Shown piece after piece: positions 51,301 to 64,000 of a stretch of DNA of 64,000 nt. The notes beneath the pieces are model-generated. The model had not been told where the DNA came from. It did not search any database and was given only the letters and a program-made list of their open reading frames with translations. Within the stretch, counting starts at the first letter, position 1. Each line of letters starts with the position of its first letter. The stretch spans positions 1,052,083 through 1,116,082 of the forward strand of contig NW_019091355.1 of assembly GCF_001949145.1 (NCBI RefSeq), in the 5' to 3' direction. Origin of the DNA: Acanthaster planci. Lineage: Eukaryota. Both the position numbers and the translations under genes were made by a program.

Positions 51301-54300
51301 GGGCGAATGCCGAGTAATCCGTCATTCCACGAAAGTAAGCGGGAGCATTATTACAGTCATTCAGAGCAACACATTCTCTAAAGAGGCTCTTGAACGATAT
51401 GGATAGAAGTAGTCTTTGGATAAACTCAAAGTTACGGTTATATTGGGAGAAACTAGGCAATTTCCGCCCAATTTGTTGAACACTGTAAGTGTCTGTACTG
51501 GCGCAAAATTTAACGCCAAAATGTCCTCACACCGTCAACTGGAAACGCATCGACATTGCCAATGCACAGAGTGTCTGTATTCATAGACCAGTCCACCTTT
51601 CCGAAACGAGCCCATAAGATTGTTAAGAATGTCACACATGCGCTAGATTTTTTCTAACATCACGACAGCTGATCTCTCTCGCAGATGGTTCACTCTCCCG
51701 AATAAACTCCACATCAAAAGGTATTACCCAACGGACGTAAGACTTTGAAATGGCTTGGGCTATTATCTTAAACCCTGAAGTAATTGAAGTGGCGTTCTCA
51801 ATATCTAACAAGAACGCCATGTGAAAGCTTCACTAATACTTCACTTCAAATTTCGTTCCATAAAATTTGTTCATATCAATGATAAATCGATGCTCAAAAG
51901 ATATGAAACCGTTTAAGATGCAGGACGCATGAACACTTTGTACCCACCAAACAATACGTGTGAACACAATCTTCATACTTTCCGCCCCCTGATTCCGAGC
52001 TGACCGACTCATGGGAAGACATTCGAACGTTTCCTTTCTCGCGAAGGGAGGGTTTTAAGTAAGGCAGACGTTTTTAATGGAAAAACTTGCGCCGCAGGTT
52101 TCGGTATGCTCTTTTTTCTGAGATAGTGCCTTTCACGAGAATCATTCCAAGGCCCAAATCTGGCGGATCGAATGGTCCGCACCAGGGAAACCTTTAACTC
52201 AATCAATAAACCGAGCCGGCGGTTCGTGGTGTCTGCAACAACAGGCTTCGGCAGCGTGCAACGGAATATGCAATTGGAGATTAGCGAGTTAATTGCAAAT
52301 ATATCTCATCCCCCCCAACAGCGAATGGTGAAAGCCTGTAGAAGTGATTTTCCATTAAAAGTAATCCACTGTAGCTGCACGATCGTTTATCTCTATGGTT
52401 TTTCCAAGTGAGTTTCTGTAAAGTCGCGTCTGGGCGTGTGCAAACGTGATCCCACGAATCACGTCCTTATGCAGAACACAGAGGGCGCTTTTCTCTTGCA
52501 TTCATTTCTAGTAACTACTTGCCAATAAATTGATGTTTAGTTAAACTTCATTGGGGGTAAATGCTATAAACAGTAAGCTCCCGCCTTCGTAAAGGAACCT
52601 TTACCCCTCATGTACTTTTTCTCACAGCGACCTCCGAGGATTATGCTTGACAACAATACCATCGCGACTATTAAAGTTATACAGACGAGAATGCCATTAT
52701 TTTACATGGATGCAGACAAGAAAGGAAAGCGCAAAGGTCTGTTCTAGGAAAAGAGACGACACGAAACCTTTATCTTCACATGAAAATATATAGACCCTCT
52801 AAATATCAGGATTTAGATTTTTAGAGGAATGTATTTTTAATTTCTTCAGTGATAAATATGTAAGTTCACGTAAACAGGCCCCAGTGCGAGTTTTGACACA
52901 CCGTTACAAACCAACACTCCTGACAAAAGAAACTCGAAATTCCTTTTCTCGCACGTAGCTACAGGACTGCCACAGCGTGTCCATAGGCTCCCTGTTTTCA
53001 TGCATGACTGTATACCTTTAAAACGTGCCCTGCACGATGCATCCGCTGTCGATTCCATCGCACCTGCCGACAGGACAGGGGGTAGACGATGCGCATCTAG
53101 CTAGAACCTTATAAGCCCGACTAGTATGGCACGCCAAAGTGGAATTTACCAAACCCTGCACAGCAACCATGATCCATTACACAATTCACAACATTCTTTT
53201 ATTGCGGAGTAACACACACCCTTCTACATGAAAAATATAACATTTTTTAAACCATGCGCCAAGGACGGGAAGAGATGGCAAAACGACTAAACATTATAAA
53301 AGAACTTGGCGTGTACTTTTCAAGTGAATTTTGAGAAATAGTTTTGAAAGTGCTGATATATTTTTGGCAGAGTGGCGCATCTGTTTAAACGTTGACATGT
53401 ATTTTTCACACTAGTCTGTACAAATATTTTAGAAAATAATGAAATCTTGTTTTAGCAGGTAAAAGTCTTTTCTGAAATGCTGACCTTTTAGTCTGATGTA
53501 AATCTTGACTGATGTTATTTTTTTTTACTAATGCATACATTTTCGTTAGGTTGGCACAACCGGTTTTTAAATGTTGACAAGTGATTTGGTACACGCTTTC
53601 AATTAGTGAACGTGAGAAATATTGACTTTATGTCACTATTTTAACAAGTTGAACGGTAAGATGTTAGGCCTACTGTACATTTCTTAGAACTTGTGAATAT
53701 TTTAAAATTGACAGTTGCAATACAGGGTTGAATAAGCTCCGCTTGGGCGTGCCATACACCGAGGCTTCATCGGCTCTCTGATCGATGGTTACGCCTGCTG
53801 TATTTTGCTGCAGGAACGTCCACGGGAGAAACGCCGGTTTGTAATTTACTTTAAAGGGGCACACGCGTTGAAAGTTACGCAGAGGTAAGTTGCGAACTTT
53901 TTGCGCAATGAAAAGCAACGACTATAGGTTATCGGTGGATGTTTCATAGTTTGAATATTAGATTAGTTGGATACGACGGAGACCAGTGTTTAAATCGAAA
54001 ACCGGCCGTGTCTGAGCAGCAAGGCTAAACATTTGAAGAAGTTTTGAAAGAACAGCTGTCCGAGGCTTTATTGCGTGCTTGGAGGCCTTGGAGGGCTCAG
54101 CAGACGTGATCCATTTATACATGCGAGCTAGTGAAAATTCACGAGAGACATTTTGATCTGGAGTTCACTTGCCGACGGAAGGGTTCCTTTCCGCTGAGCG
54201 ATCCCGGCGGGTACATGACAGGCGGGCCCGCTATCGAATCGACACACAAACAACCCGCTCGACTGGTCTTCTCGGTTCGTGCGGAAGTTTCGCGAGTCGT

Positions 54301-57300
54301 GATTATGGGGGTGGTCGCTTCGTGCGCTGCGTGAGAATTCGCTTCATGCACGAGGGAATTTTCCGGGGTAAACAGCGCAGCGGAGCCTCAAACCGAATTC
54401 TGAATGTTTTCACTGGGAAAGTCCGTGAGTTCGTGTCTGTTGGACGGCAGGCTGTTAAAAATAAAAGCTGACGTGTTTTTCGTGCGGGCTCCAAGTTTAT
54501 GTTTAACCCAGACGAACGTAAGTTGGTCAATTTTGGCGCGGAATTTCTGCGGGAGTAGGGTCACGAGCCTAGCTAGATGCCGACAAGCGCACACGTTCCG
54601 GAGTTAGTGACATCCAGATACGCGCTCGATAATGAAAAAGAAGGGAAAGAAACCCCAAACACCTGGCGCTTCTACCAACATCATCTGTGTAAACATGCGC
54701 CCATCGTGCCCAGACACGTGCACTGAATGGTGGCCGCAGGATTGTGCGGCTATGGGAATAGCCATAAAGTCTCTTTGGAACAAAACAATACGGCAAATCG
54801 GCATAAGTTGCGACTGCAACTGAGGCTAGGACTTAATGGTTCCCTTCAAACTCTGATCTTTACATCTGGCGGTTTCTCGTGGTTGAAAACTTTGAAGCAC
54901 CAGTTAGAAAGGCTGGTTGTGGGTCTCGTCAAGTAAAAACAAGGCTTCTGTATATGCACAAAATAAAAAAAACACTTGAACAAAAGACCTAATTTCTTCC
55001 AGTTATGATTGTCTGTATATCCATAAAAACGAAAATGCAGTGTTCCCTTGGCGCCAATGGATACGTGTTGGATTCTGTCAGACTACGTCCGAATGCGATG
55101 CATGGTCTGCGGTTAGAACAAAAACACACGTGTGCCAATATTAAAGTTCAAGACCCTCGCTAGTACGGTGAATGCACTGCTTCTCATAGACGCATGTGCT
55201 TGTGACAGTAGCAGACGAGGCCTTTGAAATTTCGGCTCGTAGCCGACAATTGAATCTGTAAAGTGCGTCTAGACTATAAGTTAACGAATCAAAAATCGAA
55301 TGAGGTTACCACCGCCAGAAATGGGCAAAAAATTTCAAGCGAAGCCATCATTAGAAAAGAAAGTTTCGGAAGTGGTAAATGAAACTAAAAAATTTGCATT
55401 CTCCATGAACTGACTAAACGAACAACGTTATGAATTTACCGAACACAAAACAGTTACCGAAGCAATCTTCCCAATCTGTCAATTCTCAAGGGATATCCGG
55501 CTGACTGCAAAAAAGCCATTCCACAGCGTCAGACTCCTGCAGCGGGGGTCTTCGCGCGCAAACAAATTAGAATTTCTCCGCGTTGTTTTTAACTCCTCGC
55601 ACACGCATCTCCCGCATCCTTGCCCACGGAGCTTTCTGACTCCCGCCGAAAAAAAGAGAGAAAGACAGATTGAAGAGGGGAAAAAACCCCACATCCGCCG
55701 AAACCTCACGAGAACTCGATTGCTACGTGCCTTGATTTATGCATCCGTGCTGGAGCAATTTCAAAATGTAAACCGTTCGCACTGGCCGGGTCCAGCGTTT
55801 TTTCCCGAGCAGGCGCGACCCCTGTGATTACACATCAAGCACGTAGCGTGTGCCGAGAGCGTAGCGTGTCGGTAATTACGTCCCTCCGGGGAGAAAGAGA
55901 GAAAGAGGAACGGCGGGACCGAGACTCACGGTGGCCCTATCGCCAGAGCACAGGCACCGCAGGTCCGATCCAGTGCGCGGTTGTTGGTACGGTATCACCT
56001 TCTTTCCATCTGATAACAACTGAATCGCCATGGGCGCTTATTATTCAAATAAGCAAACCATTATCGACCTTTTCCTGGCTTCCCTTTCTTTAAAGAGGCC
56101 GGCATTCGCACACTGTTTATATCACTTTAATCAAACTCAGTAAAAGCCAAGTTAACTCACAGATAAAACGACGTTACACCAATTCTACCACATTAATGTA
56201 CAATTGAATTGCTAAATGAATTTTTTTAATATTCAAAATAATTAGGGCATTATAATTAGACTCGACTTAATATCAAAACTTCAAGTAAAGATTCTGCATC
56301 CAACTGACCGATCTCTCTGATAACGCTTCTATTTCCGACATAATCGAGATAGCTTATTAAAAAGAACGCCAGATGGTGCTGGTCACTGCTTGCATGAATA
56401 CGATATTCACGAAGGGAACATTGTCGCGTTCCTCTACGAAGATCACAAACAACGCGTGACCCCAACCATGGAGGAACCCAACTGAATGTGACGCGTGACC
56501 GCTTAACCCCGCTTTCCACAGAAAAGGAAAAAAAAAGGCAAACTACAGAATTGACGGTAACACGTCGTTAGAGTGGCAGGGAAAAGCACCTTTACTATCG
56601 CCCCAAATACTCTTGTCTTATTAAGAGTGCATGGAATGTTAATTAAAGGTACTTTTTTGTGCGGGACCGGAGGCATGGGTACGGTTTACTGGACCAAAGG
56701 TGGCTGTCTGTACCTTACCACAAAACAAACTGATTACGGCTGATAGCGATGTACGATATACGTAAAAAATGAACAACGATGATAAACCTTCAGCCGTGCT
56801 TCCGAAATGATGCACCTTTGATCTGGATCCTCGTAGAGTGGTTAATGGCGAAGCAAGGTCACAGCAACCGCAACCGTCGCATTTGCCGGCGTCTTCTGGC
56901 CATTTCTTAAAACTTGGTATCGTTCCGGCCTGGATTTTCAAGATTTTAAAGCTGCTTTCCCTCGACACAGGTAGACTCTAAATTGTTCCTTGTTGTGAAG
57001 AAAGAGCTTTAGTCAGGGTTGAACGATCGGGAATATGATTCCTGCTGGTTTCTGAGAAGCCGATGTCTAAGAAAAAGCATTTATGTCATCTAACGGAATA
57101 CACAGTGCATTAATAACCACACAGGGCATACTGCGAACAGAGTTTCTAAACAAGTCCACTTACCGATAACGGTTTTCTTTGATTGGCAGTTAACTAAAAA
57201 CTAACTTCACCTGATTGTCTGGTTTTCCCCCTGAACTATACTGCTTACTTCAAAGGCTAAAAGACAAAATGTAAGGAATTTCGAAGGCTGTTTTTAGGCA

Positions 57301-60300
57301 TTACGGTACCTTTACTGCAAACTATGCTTGTGTTGGTATACATCAACCGGTGGAAGTAAAAATACATGCTGTCAAATAACAACTCAAATAAGATATCCAA
57401 AGCTAAAACAGCATGGCTGTTCCATTTTAAAGGTACGCTACATTTCCCAAGTTTACGATTTTGCAACTGCGCATAAAAGAGAAATATTAAGTCAGAAATT
57501 CAAGGGGAAAAGACAGTAAATTTATCAACATTTTACCTTTCGTTGTGCGTTGTTAACGGTGCGCTTCCCCCATACAAAGTAGTGGCATTTAACCTGACGT
57601 AAGTAAGAAGTAGGAGAACCTAGCTCACTTAAAGTTTGCCAAAAGAACCACTGAAGTTACGGAGAGTTAGGTATTATTGGTGCATCGTTTTTAGAAAACC
57701 ATGTAACGTTATTGTAAATGTTTGAACAATTAGTCTCTCTTGCACACCGTTCAGGACATTCGGCGAGATGTTCGGTGAAAGATAGCTATTTTTGCGAGGA
57801 TAATATCAAACCTTCAGATCTTCAGCACACTTTAGATATTTCATGGTCGCCAGATTTTTCTCCCAGCCCACCTAAGTCTGCTTCTCACGAGACCGTATCG
57901 ATACAGATCCTGACTATTCGTTATCTAAATGTTATCAAAACAACGACAAGTTTTTCCCCTTTTCCTTCACATTATTTAGATACACGCACATATGATATTT
58001 TATCGTCCCAGAAGTATTTCTAAACCACTTTCAATAATGTATCAAGCCTCCATGTTAACATTCTGCTTTCAAAAATAGAATAAACTATAATTCCATACAG
58101 ACAGGCTTATTATCATTAAATTGCAAAATACGGAATTTATAAAAAAATCTAAACTAAAAAACACAAAAACGGTGTGGTCCATGGCACTGTCGTCTGAAAG
58201 GCAAAAATCTTTCATTTCCCCTCCATCCTCCGATCGATAAAAATTGACATTATTTTTGGTACTGCGGAGATCTCGGCCGTTGTCACGTAATTTCTTCCCC
58301 GACCATGCCCTAAATTGACCCAAGAGGAACGAGCGCTTTCCCCCGCTCCTGCCTTTAATTTCTGGCGTCATGTCCGACGAATTGCTTCGTGGTTTATGTC
58401 TTGCGTGCGTCGTCAAATATAAATTAAATTGCCGGGAATCTTTGCGCGTCACGGCCTCCTTGCTCGGCCTCGTCCACGCGGACAAAGCCGCTCTTAAAGG
58501 GGCACTGCCACTCAGGCAGCCGTCGGTACATTGTCAATTTAATCAGTACGGTCCCGGCTTACGATACAATAGGACAGGCCATGCTGTGTCTTTAAGTAGA
58601 GGTACATTTCTGCAGTTATCGGCGGTAGGTCGTGGGTTGGAGTCCAGCCTTGCTACAGTAGTCTTGCCCCTCTTCCTCTCTAACAGTATGAACGTGATCA
58701 TTCTAAACATAAGGTTTAGAAAACAAAGAATGCCACTTGTTTCCATAAGACAAGTCGTAAGCCCAAAACAAAACTTACATTTACATCTCTCGTCCGTTAA
58801 CTGAGAAATGGACCTAACCTTCACAGTTCATAGACGTATCACCATTCTTTTGCCAAAAGATAAGTACAGGAATAGTGGACAACAAATGCAGGTAATTTTT
58901 GTTTGGTTTTTAAACTGACAAATGTATAAAAAGTGGTTTTGCAATCTTCCATTTAACACTTAACAGCGTTTGGTAAGTGAAAGGACAAGTCTTAGTTAAA
59001 TTATCTGTTGAAGTGGCCTAACAATCGGCATAATTTACCCTCATTTTACCCACGAAAGCAGCAGTGATCAGCAACCCCATGACAGCCCGAGAACTGGGTT
59101 GGGGTTGGGGACGGTCACACCCCTTTAATTCCAGGAGCCGAGTGCCAGGCTAAGTTACAGCCGACTGGTCGGGACTGGATGATTGAGCGCTGGCGTACCG
59201 GGGGCAGACACGGCTTGCGGCGCTGACAGACTCGCGGCGCGGCGGTTGAACTGAGGTCAAGCCCTGTAATTCCCGTTTCTCGGTGTGTGCGAATGCCTGC
59301 CTCGCCGAACGTTATTTTTTCTTCTTTCCTTCCATCTTTTTCCTCAGGGGGCGTGCGTGCGTGCGACGGCCGCGCGGTGATACGAGACGTCTCCCAGGCT
59401 CAGATTCTGAAAGCGCCCCGTCTTCGCCGCTCCTCGCTGCTTTATCCCTTCAGCTCGAGATATATTCCCGTGCATTGATCCATCAAAGATGACACTAATG
59501 ACACTTTTGTTGATAAGTATTCAGTGAAGGCATACCAAATTCCTTGCTCCAACATCGTTAGACCGTGAATCCCCATCTCAATGAGTACTTTTATTTAACC
59601 AACATCACATATTTTAAAATTTCTTGTCAAATTTTACGCAAACAAATATTCACTTGATAGAAATTTTACACAATAATTCCACAATTTTAAATGTTACTTA
59701 TTTAAACAAAGAAAGGTCCGAGATAGCACGCACCTTTATGACATAGCTTCAGAAAAAGATTTCATGACGATTCTTTGCAAATTATTGAAAACATACAAAG
59801 AGACAACGATACGTGATTAAACAGTCCCAACTCAACCGCTCATATCTTTCACTTTCTGATATTTCTCCCGAAGACGAAATGACGAAACGAGTGCCGAATG
59901 GAAAGTTTCATAGCCTACTGATAATGATCACGCTGTCCACAGAGTCCCTTTAACACGCTCAGCTTGGTGCGTGCTTGACGTAGCTGGGGAAGCGTGCAGT
60001 GCGTCGACTGTGATAAAAAAGATTAAAGGGAACCTCGGGGCGCTTCTGATTGAAGCAACTCCAGCAAAATATTTATACGGTTGAGGCAGAGAACTCCCTT
60101 ATTTGTATCCATTCAGATCGTAAGCACGGAGATGTATGTTACAAGTTAAGTTCCATCGTGGTAATGCCAAGCTCCAGCACGTACAACCATTAATGTCAAG
60201 CGATGTAAGAACATAGCTACGTGAGCCTTCAGGTGCCGACAACCCGGCATCACTTATCACACTTTAGGATTTCAGAAGCCACGTCACTTACGTGTGTTAC

Positions 60301-63300
60301 TTGTTTGAGTGTACACGACCTACCATAGACGTCAGGTTCATGGCCGTAAGCTTACGGGTACCATATTTAAGTGATAAAACTATGACACCGCGCATGTATG
60401 ATTGAAGTTAACAGGATTAACATGCTACACCTTTGCTTTCTACAGCAAACCAGCCTACTGGCTCAATATCATTGTTAGACACTGTAAGACAAGACCTCGA
60501 AATATTTTCCACAGAGTGGTTTGCTGGGGAAGGTGGATCAAGATCGACGAAATCAGACTGAATTTGTGATAATGAATTTCTGATGATGAAACCAAATCGC
60601 TCAATCGTCACGACCCCGGACCACATTCTGGCGATGCGTTCTGACTGTCACACAAATCGAAAAACCGCCGTGCATTCCTAATGCAATCTCCTGACAGCAG
60701 CTCCGATCTCCAGTCCACACCAGTCGGTGCCCAGCTTGCACCAGTGATAGGTTTGAATACACAGAACTGAGCATGCGTGGCTGAAAACGCGCCAGCGACA
60801 CGTATAAAATTTAATACGCCACAAACACGAAGCACATCCAACTCCACTTCGTTCCCAGACACGGCAAGACAAAATGGACCAAGGGGGCGGGCCCCTTTAA
60901 CCTAGCATCTAAGCCCGGCCGGTCGCACCGCCGCTGAGCGAGCTAGCGCCGCACGACGGGCCTGATAAGCACATCACGATCGTCATCGATCTTGTAGTGG
61001 CGGATTAAGGCCCCGGCGAGGGTGTGAAGCGAGCGTGTCGAGGCGGCGAGGTCTGCGCGCGGTGGGGGTAAAACGCAGAGGGTAAACATGCTCTATACCC
61101 ACGACCAGCCTCTCCCCGTCTTCCGACCTGCCACTGCCACACCGGTTGTTTTGCTCAAGGACTTGCCATATTCGTTCTCGCCATGCACCCTGAATATATA
61201 TTGTAATCTACTGCAAATTTTTGGGTCCAAACCAAAATTTTCCTTTACCCGCGGTAACAATTTGCATCGGATGTCACTGACTGCAAGTAAAGATTTCGCG
61301 ACCGAAATCCAGGTGCAAAGAAAGAAAATTGGGCTGTTAACTCAATTAATCGGTAATATGCTTGTATTTGGATTTGCCAAAAAAAGTGTCACGTTTGATG
61401 AAGGCGTGGTTGCCGCGAGGATGCAATAGGTAAATTGTGTCTGTTATTGGAATCATTTCCGAATATTTTTCGTCGCGCTAATTAATCGATACCGTCACAG
61501 AAGGTAATAAAAAAAGACAAAATCTTTCCACGTTGACTATAGTGCAAAGATGAGAACCGGCACTGCACCTTTAAGCAGCTCTGTCTGATACCCCCCCCCA
61601 CAGCCGTGCACAGCCCTCGAATGAGACAATAAAAGCGGGCTGCGACAGAGAGAGAGAGAAAAGGCAAACTTAACCGCTGTAATCGATTTCAGTCGCTGAT
61701 CGCGAATATGGGAGGTTGAAGTTCAACACCGCGCAAACAACACGTGCCAAACAAAGACGCGCTGATAGCGCCGAACCGCGTAGGTCGGTATTAAATACCA
61801 GCCTACCCCATTGTGGTTTGGGGTGAGCGATTTGAATTTCCAATATGCTGTAAATCTCTCTGGCCGGTAAACACCGCTCAACTGAACTGTAATTTTTGAG
61901 TGAGACTGCATTAGTCAATCGAAACTATCCTTTTTTTTGTTTCTGTCGTGTTGCGTTGGGATATTTCTATATCCATACGAAAACAACTTCCATAGTGCCC
62001 AGGCAAGAATGACAGCATTTGACCAAAATAGACGTACGCCGAACGGAAACGACAGAGAATGGGAAATTTCCTCTCAAGAGTGATTTGAAAACGATTAACT
62101 GCGGGGTCCAATTCGAAACAAGGGATGTGTTAATTTACACATTCCGCGGCGCGACTGTGTTCCCGGCCCATTCACGGGCAAGAAAAGTTCAAAACGGCGT
62201 CATCAAACTACTCCTGGTGGAAGATACCCCCACCAGACGTCGTTATTCTGAAGGGTGCAGAAACGAGAAAGGAAAAAGAGAGACGTGATATCGAGGCGTT
62301 TCCTGGGCTTCGGGGAAGTGGAAAGGCTTTTGTTTAGTTATAGCCGCCGAATTGCGCGCTGTAGACACGCATGAAGCGTTATTATTAACCGAGGCAACTC
62401 ATAGCTAGCTCTCTCACCGCAAACAGGCCGAGTTTCAACCCTGGTCCAAACAACACGCACATGAAGGCCCCGGCTAATGATTAATTCATCCCCCTTGATG
62501 CTTCAGGCTTTCACACTCTGTCGGGCCCATAGCTGACTGACTCGGCATGGGTAAAAAAAGGAGTCCGACAGAGCGGTGCGCTGTTTTGTTCGAACAACTT
62601 TTTTCATCTTAGTAAGAGAGAAGGATTTTCGTGTCAGTAGGACGACGACTGTTTGATGCGTGTCTTGCAGTTACAGTGAGTTCCCGTCAGACGCGACGAG
62701 TTGTGTTTACACGACGTTCCGACTTGAATAATCTAAAACACGAAGTTTACAATTATTTGTGTAAATACTCTTGTTCTCTACTCCGGGTTGTTCCGACACG
62801 ATAAGGCATTCGTTCCAGTGGATTGTCAATTTACATTTGATTCATAGGCTTAAAATAAAAGCCCGCAGTGGTAATTGGCACGCCCGCCCCCCAGTCCTAG
62901 TGTAAAACCACGATATGCAAAGTCTCGATGATCAATTCAAAGATCTGCACATTTTTAGAATACCCGTTAATCAGTTCCTTATCGACTGCAGTTATTTTGA
63001 CTTAAAATTGACGCACTTTGGGGTTCACAGGTCTGACCCAGGTTTGGGTCTGACGGAGATGACACCGTGGTTGTTGTATTTAGGCCTATCAACAAATCCG
63101 GCTAACCTCGGTAAGGTTCAGTGTGTCACGCCATGGAAGCCCGCGTCAGTGAAGACGTACCACGTGAAAGTGAAGTTTGTTGGTGTCGCTAACCGCTGGC
63201 CCGATTTAGCAAACTGTACGTGCCGAGATTGGCCGCAGCATTCAAGGACAGATTGAAAAGAACTTCTTACAGGGTATACGAGTCCTTGAAATGGTACAAG

Positions 63301-64000
63301 CGATTCTCTGATGATAGACTTGTCACGTTAACGTAACAGGTGAAGTTCCACTGGAACCAGCTTTGCGTGACGTTATCATAATAAGCTTTGTTTTTTATAA
63401 AACCATGTTGCAAAGGTTTGGAAAGAGGCCCGACATAGAATGCGCTCGGATGGAATTTGTTGGAGGGGGTTTTTCGAAGAAAATTTACTAATTAGCAATA
63501 ATAAACAGGAGCCTGAGGCGGCAGCAAGTTTGAAAGACTTCCCCGCAATACAAAATACACGGCCTGTCAAGCTATACACACCTTGGATATCGAACAATGT
63601 TCCTAAGCAAGGCAATGTATCGCAATTAAATAAATCCATCAACCTGATTTTCAGCCTACCCTTGGAAAATGCACCGAGTCCGAGTCTTACAGTGTGCATC
63701 CCTAGGCAGTGGTGTCGAATCGGAATATTGCGAATCACTAATTAAAATTTCAGTGATTTCCCCCCTCTCTACCTCCCTATTACCTACGATTCGTGACTGC
63801 CCTGTGCGCTGATATTAGCCTGAGGACTCCACAAAATGATGGTACGCGGTCCACGCGTGACAGTACCGGTAACAGATCTAGATAACATTCACAAGACCAG
63901 GCCAAAATAACCGGCCTTCAAGTCCAAGTCGTAAACACAGGGCAGCGAAGCTTCTTGTCTGCTTTCTCTTGGCCACGATGCAAGGAGGCCCGCTCACTCC

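Noticed and set aside
29600..64000. Short ORFs (60-160 aa) in the upstream region; CRISPR, operon or transposase-coding features
   Set aside because: No recognisable domains, codon bias or consistent exon chains; no repeat-spacer arrays; the DNA is eukaryotic.

Overview
Eukaryotic, intron-containing invertebrate DNA; an amphioxus-like deuterostome is my inference from the abundant TACATGTA motifs and a CXXC-bearing TET gene with vertebrate-type intron positions. The only recognisable protein-coding gene is a minus-strand TET methylcytosine dioxygenase. I reconstructed ten coding exons (29510 to 2133; 6192 nt, about 2063 aa) with consistent GT-AG phases, three of which are missing from the ORF track. 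They encode an N-terminal CXXC zinc finger, a Cys-rich domain and a double-stranded beta-helix (DSBH) domain with intact catalytic residues. The most notable unexplained features are a coding-like exon with a very strong acceptor about 1.2 kb downstream of the TET stop, with other splice signals nearby, and a 93-nt exon whose Kozak ATG could start a CXXC-less isoform. Also present are corepressor-type helical motifs, a switch from CpG-poor introns to about 37 kb of CpG-rich sequence carrying clustered CRE palindromes, several MITE/SINE-like elements and a 269-N assembly gap. The TET transcription start could not be located.
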